Shown: positions 29,987 through 38,758, numbered from the stretch's first letter. The stretch: 64,000 bases of DNA from an uncultured Clostridium sp. (GCA_946414595.1 CAMKPE010000003.1:6860-70859), one strand, 5' to 3'. Notes: generated by a model from the letters alone, not told the origin. A program made the numbers and translations.

Positions 29987-30757
29987 ATGAACAACATTAA
30001 AGTGCTTGTTATCGATGATAACGTGGAGTTAGTCAGTATGATTAAGAAGTATTTTAGTGATCACGCTAATATCAATGTATGTTTAGAAGCTTACGATGGT
30101 GATGAGGGACTAAAATTGATTAAAGATGCACAAAGTGATTACGACTTAGTAGTTTTAGATTTAGTAATGCCAAAGAAAGATGGTCTAGATGTATTAGAAG
30201 AAATGAAGAAACTTAACATTAATAAGAAAGTAATAGTTATTTCTTCATATAATACAGAAGAAATGATTAGGAAAACTTCATTATTAGGAATAGATTATTT
30301 CATAGTTAAACCATTTGAAATGTCTAACTTAGAGAAGAAGATTATAAGTTGTTTTGAGAACAATAATTATGGTAAAATAATTGATGTGTACCACAACAAT
30401 TTGCAAATGTCTGTAACAAAGATATTGCATGAGTTAGGAGTACCTTCTCATATTAAAGGATATCAATATATTAGAGAAGGAATAATGCTTATATATGATA
30501 AGCCAGAGTTTATTGGAGGTATAACTAAAGAGTTATATCCAGATATTGCTAAAACTTATACGACAACTGTATCTCGTGTAGAACGTGCAATAAGACATGC
30601 TATAGAGGTTAGTTGGAATAGAGGTAATTGGGACTTAATGGAAGATATATTTGGTCATAGTGTAGATATAGATAAAGCTAAGCCAACTAATTCAGAATTT
30701 ATAGTAACAATTGCTGATAAACTTAGAATGGATTATTGTAAAACAGCATACGCTTAG
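29987..30757 (+). CDS. spo0A: sporulation master regulator Spo0A
   Basis: Receiver domain ([21 protein letters not shown]) plus Spo0A-specific C-terminal DNA-binding domain ([19 protein letters not shown]). Confidence 0.9.
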   Translation: MNNIKVLVIDDNVELVSMIKKYFSDHANINVCLEAYDGDEGLKLIKDAQSDYDLVVLDLVMPKKDGLDVLEEMKKLNINKKVIVISSYNTEEMIRKTSLLGIDYFIVKPFEMSNLEKKIISCFENNNYGKIIDVYHNNLQMSVTKILHELGVPSHIKGYQYIREGIMLIYDKPEFIGGITKELYPDIAKTYTTTVSRVERAIRHAIEVSWNRGNWDLMEDIFGHSVDIDKAKPTNSEFIVTIADKLRMDYCKTAYA

Positions 30758-30766
30758 GAGGTAAAA

Positions 30767-30901
30767 ATGGCATTTAGAGAAATAGATGAAGAATATAGAG
30801 AATATGATAGTGAAATAAAAGTATACTATGATAAAAATGATGACGATATAGATAGTAGTGATGAAGATGAAGAAGAATCAAAAAACGAACTTGAAGATTA
30901 A
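30767..30901 (+). CDS. candidate 44-aa highly acidic small protein
   Basis: ATG 7 nt after a strong AGGAGG SD, 9 nt after the spo0A stop. Translates MAFREIDEEYREYDSEIKVYYDKNDDDIDSSDEDEEESKNELED. Below the ORF-track length cutoff. Confidence 0.4.
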   Translation: MAFREIDEEYREYDSEIKVYYDKNDDDIDSSDEDEEESKNELED

Positions 30902-31349
30902 AAAAAGCACATTAATAATACCTATATTGATAATTATTTTGGTAACATTTATTCTATTAAAATTACCTAATAAAAATGAGCATCTAATTAAATGCCGTGT
31001 TGATGGTAATTCTATACCAGAAAGTAAAACTTATAATAATATTTATTTCTATTTTGATGATAAAGATGAAAAAATAATAAAAGAAGAAATAGAATATTAT
31101 TGGTATTATACTGATTTAGAAAAAGAAAATGGTAATTTCCAAGAAGATAAAGAATATTATTTTAAAACAACTGTATGTGATAGTATTCTTGTAGGAAATA
31201 ATTCATGTACTATAGAAATAGAAGAAGAAAGAGCAATTATTACTGGAGTATTTAATGGTAATAATTTAAGTAAGAATATTCTTGTATATAACATGGATAA
31301 AAAAAGTTTAGAAAAGTATTTAAAAAAACATAATTTTGATTGTGAATAA
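30861..31349 (+). CDS. membrane-anchored hypothetical protein
   Basis: Lys-rich N-terminus then a TM helix (LIIPILIIILVTFILL); start uncertain (30858-30867); overlaps the small acidic ORF in another frame. Confidence 0.55.
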   Translation: MKMKKNQKTNLKIKKSTLIIPILIIILVTFILLKLPNKNEHLIKCRVDGNSIPESKTYNNIYFYFDDKDEKIIKEEIEYYWYYTDLEKENGNFQEDKEYYFKTTVCDSILVGNNSCTIEIEEERAIITGVFNGNNLSKNILVYNMDKKSLEKYLKKHNFDCE

Positions 31350-31441
31350 AATGAGGCTATAAAGCCTTTTTTATTTTGGTTTAACTTGCTTTTAATGTCT
31401 TTTAAATTTATAATTAATATAGTAGAAAAGAGTTGGTTAAG

Positions 31442-33055
31442 ATGAAAGAAAATAGAAGTACAACAAATAGTATTATTTTCTTATTTGCTGTTATTGCATT
31501 TATTTATATACTTCCATTAATACCTAGTTTTACAAGTCAAAATACTAATAGAACGAGCTTTGATGATTATAGTTATAGCGATGAAGTTTTTAGTATTTTA
31601 ACAACACCAGAAAATAAGGTATTTGAGGATGAAATAATAGATTATTTTGATGATCAAAATGTAAAAGTAAAAATATATTATGCTGATAATCTAGAAATAG
31701 TAACTACAGTAAATAGTGGTAGAAAATACGATGCAATATGGGCATCAAATTCTATTTGGTTAGATATGTTTGATTCTAATGTAAAAACATCTAATTTAAA
31801 GTCTACAAGTATTACACCAATAGTATTTGGAATTAAAAAATCTAAAGCAGAAGCTTTAGGCCTTATTGGTAAAGATGTAACAATGAATGACTTGTTAAAG
31901 TTAATTGAAAATAAAGAATTAAACTTTAGTATGGCAAATCCAGTTACTACTAATAGTGGTGCATCTGCTTATTTAAATATATTATCTACTTTAGCAGGTA
32001 ATCCTGAAGTATTAACAATGGATTATTTGAAAGATGATGCATTGAAAGAAAAATTAGTAACATTCTTCTCTGGACTTACTCGTACATCTGGAGATGAAGA
32101 TTTCTTAGAAGAATCATTTATAAATGGAGATTATGATGCTGCAATTACATATGAAGCATCAATAATAAATATAAATAGTACACTTGAAGCATCAGGAAAA
32201 GAAACATTATATTTAATTTATCCTGTTGATGGTGTTTCAATTGCAGATTCACCACTAGTATTTGTTAATAATGGTAACCAAGAAAAGAAAGATATATTTT
32301 TGGAATTCCAAGCTTATTTCCTTAGCGAAAAAGGGCAAAAGATTTTAACAAAAGTAGGTAGAAGAACATGGTATGGTGGAGTTAGTGATAAAGTTGATAA
32401 AACAATATTTAATCCTGATTGGGGTATTGATACAACTAAATATATTTCACCAGTAAAATATCCAAGTAAAGAAGTAATTAAACAAGCATTATTCTTATAT
32501 CAAACAGAACTTAGAAAACCAGTACATGTAGTATTTTGTCTAGATTATTCAGGAAGCATGAGAGGAACTGGAATTAATAAGTTAAAAGAGGCAGTTGCAT
32601 TTGTCTTTGGAGATGATGCTGTTGCAAATATGATACAATTTTCTGAAAAAGATAAAATAGATATTGTTATGTTTAATGAAGATGTTAAAAGAATAGCTAC
32701 AGGTAATGGTAACGACGGAAAAATGTTTATTGATAAAGTATATAGTATTCAACCATATGGTGGTACTTCACTTTATCCATCAGTTGTGGAGGCACTAAAA
32801 CTACTTGACGGTGAAACTAATGATTATAATGTATCAATTATAGTTATGACTGATGGAGAAGGAAACATCGGTAAACTTGAAGATGTTAGATCATATTACA
32901 ATATAATTAATAAAGAAATACCAATATACTCAATTACATTTGGAGAAGCATCAGAAGAACAGTTATATAACCTTGCAAGTATAAGTAATGGAAAAGTATT
33001 TGATGGTAGAACTGATTTAGTCTATGCCTTCAAAACAGTAAGAGAGTACAACTAG
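31442..33055 (+). CDS. membrane-anchored substrate-binding-like plus von Willebrand A domain protein
   Basis: N-terminal TM, periplasmic-binding-protein-like middle, C-terminal vWA with MIDAS residues (CLDYSGSM, GGTSL, VMTDGEGN). Confidence 0.7.
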   Translation: MKENRSTTNSIIFLFAVIAFIYILPLIPSFTSQNTNRTSFDDYSYSDEVFSILTTPENKVFEDEIIDYFDDQNVKVKIYYADNLEIVTTVNSGRKYDAIWASNSIWLDMFDSNVKTSNLKSTSITPIVFGIKKSKAEALGLIGKDVTMNDLLKLIENKELNFSMANPVTTNSGASAYLNILSTLAGNPEVLTMDYLKDDALKEKLVTFFSGLTRTSGDEDFLEESFINGDYDAAITYEASIININSTLEASGKETLYLIYPVDGVSIADSPLVFVNNGNQEKKDIFLEFQAYFLSEKGQKILTKVGRRTWYGGVSDKVDKTIFNPDWGIDTTKYISPVKYPSKEVIKQALFLYQTELRKPVHVVFCLDYSGSMRGTGINKLKEAVAFVFGDDAVANMIQFSEKDKIDIVMFNEDVKRIATGNGNDGKMFIDKVYSIQPYGGTSLYPSVVEALKLLDGETNDYNVSIIVMTDGEGNIGKLEDVRSYYNIINKEIPIYSITFGEASEEQLYNLASISNGKVFDGRTDLVYAFKTVREYN

Positions 33056-33063
33056 GTGATATT

Positions 33064-33690
33064 ATGAAGGGAAAAGAGATAGTATCAGGTGTAGTTGGAG
33101 CATCATTCTTTGCTCTTGGTTACTTAGGTTTATCATTTGCTTTAGTCCCATCACTAGTAATAGGAGCAGGAGCGTACGTTGCTAGCGAACTAGTAATGAA
33201 AGGGCCTGAAGATACAGTTGATAAAATAGAAAAAAAAGATTTAAAAAGAAGATTAGAAGAAGCAAGAAAATCAAATAAACATATAAATGCAATGGTTGAT
33301 GAAATAGATAGTGTAGAAGTAAAAAAAGATTTAAGAAATATAAATAAAACAGCTACTAGAATAATTAATACAATTGAGAAGAATAAATTGAATAATAAGA
33401 GCAGTAATAAGTTTTTAGATTATTATCTTCCAGTATGTGTTAAAATAATAGATAGATATGACGAAATTGAAAATCAAGAATTAACATCAAAAGATAGTAA
33501 GAAGTACATGGATAGTAGTATTAAAATGATAAAAGAAACTTCTCTTGCTTTTGAAAAAATATTAGATAGTTTATATCAAAATGATATTTATAATAATGAA
33601 GCAGAAATGAAAGTGTATAATCAGATGCTTAAATCTGATGGATATAATTCTAATGAATTAGAAGTTAAGGATGGTGATACAAATGAATAA
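33064..33690 (+). CDS. xpaC: XpaC-like (5-bromo-4-chloroindolyl phosphate hydrolysis family) protein
   Basis: Two N-terminal TM helices plus a coiled-coil body, ~200 aa; usual family position upstream of a telA/yaaN-type gene. Confidence 0.55.
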   Translation: MKGKEIVSGVVGASFFALGYLGLSFALVPSLVIGAGAYVASELVMKGPEDTVDKIEKKDLKRRLEEARKSNKHINAMVDEIDSVEVKKDLRNINKTATRIINTIEKNKLNNKSSNKFLDYYLPVCVKIIDRYDEIENQELTSKDSKKYMDSSIKMIKETSLAFEKILDSLYQNDIYNNEAEMKVYNQMLKSDGYNSNELEVKDGDTNE

Positions 33691-34873
33691 CAAAAGAATA
33701 ATTGGTATTGCAATATTCGTTGCATTAATACTTGTTATAGTTGGTATCAAATTTTTTAGTGATAATGAATTTAGTGATTCTAATTTAACTACTATTTATG
33801 TTGCAACAGGTGGAGGAAAAGAAGATTTCCTTGCTGATGAAGAAGTTGTAAAAATATTAAGAAAGAAATATAAGTTAAATGTTATATATGATAGCTGGAG
33901 TAATGGTAAAACAGTATTATGGCCACTTATAAGAGAACAATATGGATTTGGAGATGCTTCTATTGCAGATCGAATTGCAAAAGGAGAAAAATTCACAATA
34001 ACTTCTCCTGGGGTATCTAAATATGATGCATTATTTACTTCAGATCAAAGATTCTATGACTATTATCAGGTAAGTCCTAATAAGGAAAAAGATGAAGCTG
34101 ATAGATATAGAGTATTAGATGGAAGTTTAACACTTAATACACCAATTGTTATTTATAGTTGGGCTGAAATAGTAGATGTTTTAATTAATGAAGGAATTGT
34201 TACTAAAAATGGTAATGTTTATTATATAACTGATATGGAAAAGTTAATGAACTATATTCTTGAAGGAAAGAAATGGAAAGATATTGGACTTACTTCATTA
34301 TATGGATCAATTAATATTGCATCCACTGATCCAGTTAATTCATCTCCTGGTGCTACATACTATGGATTGTTATTAGCAATACTATCAGGTGGAGAAGTAA
34401 CAACAGATAATATAAAAACTAATTTACCAAAATTAAAAGAATTCTATATTAAATCTGGATATATGAATAATGCTCCAGCAGACTTGTTTGAAAGATATTT
34501 GAAAACAGGAATGGGTGGAGAACCAATGATTGTTGATTATGAAAAGAGTATAATAGATTTTGCAAATGCAAATCCAACTGGATTTGAGCAAGTAAAAAAT
34601 AAAATAAGAATTCTTTATCCATCTCCAACAATTTGGAATAGCCATTGTTTAGCTGTATTTACAGAAGAAGGTAAGAAATTATTAGAGGCATTCAATGATG
34701 AAGAAATTCAAAAAATTGCATGGGAAAGGTATGGATTTAGAACAGGTATTACAGGAGGATCTTACGATGTATCAAGTATAGGTCTTGGAATACCACAACA
34801 ATTAACAAGTATAGTAACATCATTGAAGATGGATACATATGATGAATTAATAAATTATTTGAAAGGTGAATAA
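33683..34873 (+). CDS. membrane-anchored substrate-binding-like protein
   Basis: N-terminal TM (IIGIAIFVALILVIVGI) followed by a PBP-like domain; overlaps the xpaC stop. Confidence 0.55.
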   Translation: MNNKRIIGIAIFVALILVIVGIKFFSDNEFSDSNLTTIYVATGGGKEDFLADEEVVKILRKKYKLNVIYDSWSNGKTVLWPLIREQYGFGDASIADRIAKGEKFTITSPGVSKYDALFTSDQRFYDYYQVSPNKEKDEADRYRVLDGSLTLNTPIVIYSWAEIVDVLINEGIVTKNGNVYYITDMEKLMNYILEGKKWKDIGLTSLYGSINIASTDPVNSSPGATYYGLLLAILSGGEVTTDNIKTNLPKLKEFYIKSGYMNNAPADLFERYLKTGMGGEPMIVDYEKSIIDFANANPTGFEQVKNKIRILYPSPTIWNSHCLAVFTEEGKKLLEAFNDEEIQKIAWERYGFRTGITGGSYDVSSIGLGIPQQLTSIVTSLKMDTYDELINYLKGE

Positions 34874-34874
34874 T

Positions 34875-36023
34875 ATGGAATTAAAAGTAGAAAAAGTAAA
34901 AGACAAAGAATTAGAAAAAATAGCAGAAATAGGAAAAGATGCTGATGAATCAAAAATCGAAGCATCACTAAACTATGACAATTTAACACAAGATGAAAAA
35001 GATGCAATTGATAGGTTTAACGAAGAAATTGATGTTAACGATCAAACTCAAGTATTACAATTTGGTAATGCTGCACAAGAAAAAATATCTAAGTTTAGTG
35101 ACTCAGTTCTAGAAAATGTTAGAACTAAAGACGCAGGAGAAACAGGAAAACTATTAGGAGATTTAGTTGCAGAAATCAAATCATTTGATAATGCAGTAGA
35201 TGCTTCACAAAAGATGAACATTATTGAAAGAATTTTCTCTAGTGCTAAAAAGAAATTCGATAAGTTAATTGCAAAATATAACAAGATTGAAAATAATGTA
35301 AGTACTATCGAAAAAGGTCTTGAAAAAGACAAATTACAAATGTTAAAAGATATTACTATCTATGACACAATGTATGATAAGAACTTAGAATATTTTAAAG
35401 AAATTTCTTTATATATTATTGCAGGAGAAAAGAAACTTGAAGAATTAAGAACTAAAGATCTTGAAGAATTAAAGAAGAAAGCTCAAGAAACTGGAGAACA
35501 ACTTGATATTCAAAAAGTTCAAGATATGGAAAATATTATCAATAGATTTGAGAAGAAAATATATGATTTAAAAACTACAAGAATTATTTCATTACAAATG
35601 GCTCCTCAAATTAGATTACTTCAAAATAATGAAGCAGAGCTTGTAGAAAAGATTCAAAGTTCTATTACAAATACAATTCCATTATGGAAGAACCAAATGG
35701 TTTTAGCACTTGGTATTAATAATGCTAAGACTGCTTTAAAGCATCAACAAGAAGTATCTAAAGTTACTAATGAAATGTTAGTTAAGAATAGTGAAACATT
35801 AAAACAAGGTGCTGTACAAGTTGCAGAGGAAAGCGAAAGAGCTATTGTTGATATTGAAACACTTAAGAAGACTAACCAAAATATTATTGAAACTTTAGAC
35901 AAAGTTATCGAAATTCATGAACAAGGAAAAATCAAACGTCAAGAATCTGAAAAAGAACTTGAAAACATCGAAAAAGAACTTAAAGATAAGATGCTTGAAA
36001 TTAAAGTTAAAAAGACTGAATAA
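34875..36023 (+). CDS. telA: TelA/YaaN-family toxic anion resistance protein
   Basis: LTQDEKDAIDRF ... VLQFGNAAQEKISKFSDSVLENVRTKDAGETGKLL and an overall coiled-coil layout typical of TelA. Confidence 0.8.
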   Translation: MELKVEKVKDKELEKIAEIGKDADESKIEASLNYDNLTQDEKDAIDRFNEEIDVNDQTQVLQFGNAAQEKISKFSDSVLENVRTKDAGETGKLLGDLVAEIKSFDNAVDASQKMNIIERIFSSAKKKFDKLIAKYNKIENNVSTIEKGLEKDKLQMLKDITIYDTMYDKNLEYFKEISLYIIAGEKKLEELRTKDLEELKKKAQETGEQLDIQKVQDMENIINRFEKKIYDLKTTRIISLQMAPQIRLLQNNEAELVEKIQSSITNTIPLWKNQMVLALGINNAKTALKHQQEVSKVTNEMLVKNSETLKQGAVQVAEESERAIVDIETLKKTNQNIIETLDKVIEIHEQGKIKRQESEKELENIEKELKDKMLEIKVKKTE

Positions 36024-36050
36024 AAGAGAGCCTGCTCTCTTTTTTCTTTT
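36024..36050 (+). terminator. rho-independent terminator after telA
   Basis: AAGAGAG / CTCTCTT stem, loop CCTG; the T-run runs directly into the P1 -35 element. Confidence 0.7.
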
Positions 36051-36051
36051 G

Positions 36052-36079
36052 TTTACAATAATAAAAAATATGATAAAAT
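36052..36079 (+). promoter_or_regulatory. P1 promoter (extended -10)
   Basis: TTTACA (36052-36057), 16-nt spacer, TG-A-TAAAAT (36071-36079); same architecture upstream of P3. Confidence 0.6.
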
Positions 36080-36111
36080 ATATTTAGGTAATAATATAGG
36101 AGGTATATATT

Positions 36112-36747
36112 ATGGGTGATGGATGGACAGGAATTAATATAGGTTCAGTTGTAAAAGAATTAGATACTTTCAAAGGAAGAATGAAAGAGATTTTAACTAA
36201 TTATACTGATGCATTTGATTTGTTTAATGATGAATTATATCGTTTATGGGCTTCAGAAAATGCAGTTAGTTTTAATGATTATATTTATAAAATGGCATGG
36301 ATTAAGTATAGTATAGATTACACTGGAAATGACATTTTAGTATCTGCTGCAAATGCTGCTAAGATAATGGCACAACATAATGGTGCATCGTTGACTTATG
36401 ATGCTCGAAGATATATGTATTCTATGGGACCACACTATAAAAAATTAGTAGATTCACAAAATGGTATTAGAGGTATGAATATTCCTATGGCAAAGTATTC
36501 ATTAGACACATTTTTAGAATCTGTTTCCAATGTAATTAACATGCTAAATGATTTACCAATGAATTTCTCATTGTTGGATCCTAATGGAGAATTACTAACA
36601 CAATACCAATCAATGGTTAAGAAGTTGATTGAATCAATTCAAAGTAGAATAGAAGAATCTAAATCTAAATTGAATGAGGCTTTTGAAACAGAACAATTAA
36701 AAGTTACAATGGGAAAAGAACAAGCAGAACAAACACTTGCAGGATAA
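36112..36747 (+). CDS. DGWTG-family protein P1 (core only, 211 aa)
   Basis: MGDGWTGIN N-terminus, LWASENAVSFN, AAKIMAQHNGA, GMNIPMAK, LLDPNGELL, C-terminal MGKEQAEQTL; AGGAGG SD; paralog of seven other ORFs in the window. Confidence 0.9.
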   Translation: MGDGWTGINIGSVVKELDTFKGRMKEILTNYTDAFDLFNDELYRLWASENAVSFNDYIYKMAWIKYSIDYTGNDILVSAANAAKIMAQHNGASLTYDARRYMYSMGPHYKKLVDSQNGIRGMNIPMAKYSLDTFLESVSNVINMLNDLPMNFSLLDPNGELLTQYQSMVKKLIESIQSRIEESKSKLNEAFETEQLKVTMGKEQAEQTLAG

Positions 36748-36757
36748 TAAAATATGT

Positions 36758-36786
36758 AAAACAACTCAAAATGAGTAGTTTTTGTT
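36758..36786 (+). terminator. rho-independent terminator after P1
   Basis: AAAACAACTCA / TGAGTAGTTTT stem (one mismatch) plus T-run; near-identical to the P2 terminator. Confidence 0.65.
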
Positions 36787-36806
36787 ATGTATATTATAAA
36801 ATGTTG

Positions 36807-36815
36807 TGGTAAAAT
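36807..36815 (+). promoter_or_regulatory. P2 extended -10 element
   Basis: TG-G-TAAAAT; the -35 is weak (TGTATA/ATGTAT). Confidence 0.4.
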
Positions 36816-36847
36816 GTAATTAGATAATATTATAGGAGGTATATAAT

Positions 36848-37534
36848 ATGAGTGATGGATGGACTGGATTAAATATTGAAGCGGTAAAAAAAGAACTAGA
36901 TGATTTCGAACAAAAAATGTATGAAATAGCATCTAATTATCAAAGTGCATATGATTTATTTGAAGATGAATTGAAAAAATTGTGGGCATCTCCAAGAGCG
37001 GTTGACTTTAACACCAATCTCTTACACTTAGAAAGATATGGCAGAAAAATTAAGTATGATTGTGATGATGTTTTACGTTCTGCATCAAATGCTGCAAAAA
37101 TAATGGCGCAACATAATGGAGCAACATTTGATTATGATTACCATGGATATAAAACTATTGGTGAAAGAGAAGCTGAGACAGGACAAAAAATTAACGTCGG
37201 ATATGTTACTTGGGATGAGTCATTTGGCCCTCTTAAACAATCAATAAATGGTGTTGAGGGAATGAATATACCTTTGGTAAAGTATTCACTTGACTGTTTT
37301 CAAGGATCAGCGCAAGCAGTTATTAATGATTTAAATGCTTTACCAATTAATTTTTCTTTGATTGACCCAAACGGAGAATTGGTTTCTTTATATCGTTCAA
37401 TTGTAACTAAAAGAGCTAGCGAACTTCAAGAAGAAATTAACGATGCTGTGGCAACTGTATCTGCAGCACTTGAAGAAGAAACATTACAAGTTAGATTGGG
37501 AAAAGAACAAGCAGAGCAAACACTTTCAGCTTAA
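36848..37534 (+). CDS. DGWTG-family protein P2 (core with ~17-aa central insertion, 228 aa)
   Basis: MSDGWTGLN, LWASPRAVDFN, AAKIMAQHNGA, GMNIPLVK, LIDPNGEL, EEETLQVRLGKEQAEQTL. Confidence 0.9.
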   Translation: MSDGWTGLNIEAVKKELDDFEQKMYEIASNYQSAYDLFEDELKKLWASPRAVDFNTNLLHLERYGRKIKYDCDDVLRSASNAAKIMAQHNGATFDYDYHGYKTIGEREAETGQKINVGYVTWDESFGPLKQSINGVEGMNIPLVKYSLDCFQGSAQAVINDLNALPINFSLIDPNGELVSLYRSIVTKRASELQEEINDAVATVSAALEEETLQVRLGKEQAEQTLSA

Positions 37535-37535
37535 T

Positions 37536-37566
37536 AAAACAACTCAATTTGAGTTGTTTTTATTTT
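37536..37566 (+). terminator. rho-independent terminator after P2
   Basis: Perfect 11-bp stem AAAACAACTCA / TGAGTTGTTTT, loop ATT, T-rich tail. Confidence 0.8.
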
Positions 37567-37567
37567 G

Positions 37568-37595
37568 TTTACAAGATAATAATATATGATAAAAT
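37568..37595 (+). promoter_or_regulatory. P3 promoter (extended -10)
   Basis: TTTACA (37568-37573), 16-nt spacer, TG-A-TAAAAT (37587-37595). Confidence 0.6.
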
Positions 37596-37624
37596 ATAAT
37601 TATATAATAAAGGAGACTATAAAT

Positions 37625-38731
37625 ATGAGTGATGGATGGACAGGCATAAAAATTGAAGATGTTAAAAATGAATTAGATTCGTTTGAAGAATCAATGAATA
37701 ATATTGATGTAACATATTCAACTGCATATGATTTGTTTAATGATGAATTAAGTCATTTATGGGCATCAGATAAGGCAATAGATTTTAATGAAAAATTAAT
37801 AGCATTGTCTAACTTTAGTCATTATTTTGATACAGTGCGTTACAAAATTATTTCATCAGCAGCTGTTGCAGCAAGTTATATGGCTAGTCATAATGGTGCT
37901 TCATTTGAATATGATGTAAAGAGCGTTGGAACAAGTCAAAAAACGCATTATCATCCTTTGTTGGAAGAAATAGATGGTATTAAAGGAATGAATATTCCAC
38001 TTGCTAAAATGTCACTAAATTCATTTGAAGAATCATCTCAAATGGTTGTTAATTTAATAGCAGAATTGCCTCTTAACTTTTCTTTATTAGATCCATCCGG
38101 AGAGTTGTTAGCAGAATATAAAAACTTAATAAATATACTTTCGGCAGATTTAACTGAAGATATTAATCAAGCTTTTTCAACACTTAGGACTGTTTTTGAA
38201 GAAGAAACATTACAAATTACATTGGGTAGAATAGAAGCTGAAGATGCTATTTCTAATAGATCAAATACAAGTTTAGGAGAGCAACTTTCTCAAAGATATG
38301 TTGATGATTGGAACAATTATGCTGATGGGATTAATGATACATGGAATTCTATCGGTAGAGGCGATAAGTTTTTTAGTAGTGTTGTAGGAAGCACTCTTAT
38401 GGCTGTTGATACTGTTGTAGATACTTGGCTTGCAATTCCTAACTCAATTACTTACGTAGCAAATGGATTACTAGATGTTGGGTCTAGTGATGTAGGGTTT
38501 AAAACAAGTAAAGATTATTTTGAACATTTAGGGCAAGATTTTTCAGAAAACTGGGATATGCTTAGAAATGCCTCTACTATAGATGAAGGAATATTAGGTG
38601 CTTTGGTAGGAACTGGAGAAACAGTACTAGACGTTTATCAAGCTGTAATTAATACTGCGGATTCATTTGCCAGTGGAGTAGGTAATTGTATTCGCGATGC
38701 AGTAGAATGGGCAGGAAATTGGTTGTGGTAA
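37625..38731 (+). CDS. DGWTG-family protein P3 (core plus ~158-aa Gly/Ser/Val/Trp-rich C-terminal extension)
   Basis: AAGGAGA SD before ATG 37625. MSDGWTGIK, LWASDKAIDFN, GMNIPLAK, LLDPSGELL, EEETLQITLGR; the tail ends AVEWAGNWLW. Confidence 0.9.
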   Translation: MSDGWTGIKIEDVKNELDSFEESMNNIDVTYSTAYDLFNDELSHLWASDKAIDFNEKLIALSNFSHYFDTVRYKIISSAAVAASYMASHNGASFEYDVKSVGTSQKTHYHPLLEEIDGIKGMNIPLAKMSLNSFEESSQMVVNLIAELPLNFSLLDPSGELLAEYKNLINILSADLTEDINQAFSTLRTVFEEETLQITLGRIEAEDAISNRSNTSLGEQLSQRYVDDWNNYADGINDTWNSIGRGDKFFSSVVGSTLMAVDTVVDTWLAIPNSITYVANGLLDVGSSDVGFKTSKDYFEHLGQDFSENWDMLRNASTIDEGILGALVGTGETVLDVYQAVINTADSFASGVGNCIRDAVEWAGNWLW

Positions 38732-38758
38732 AAAAGATTTAGTTTTCTAAATCTTTTT
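38732..38758 (+). terminator. rho-independent terminator after P3
   Basis: Perfect 11-bp stem AAAAGATTTAG / CTAAATCTTTT, loop TTTT. Confidence 0.8.

Noticed and set aside
34875-36023. TelA as an LXG toxin (name clash)
   Set aside because: The motifs match the toxic-anion-resistance TelA/YaaN family, which is a cytoplasmic coiled-coil protein. This is not the streptococcal LXG toxin that happens to share the name.
36820-36834. AT-only palindrome ATAATATTAT in the P2 leader as a regulatory site
   Set aside because: Short AT palindromes are expected by chance at this base composition. Only the lone TTAGAT half-site resembles the conserved element of the other leaders.
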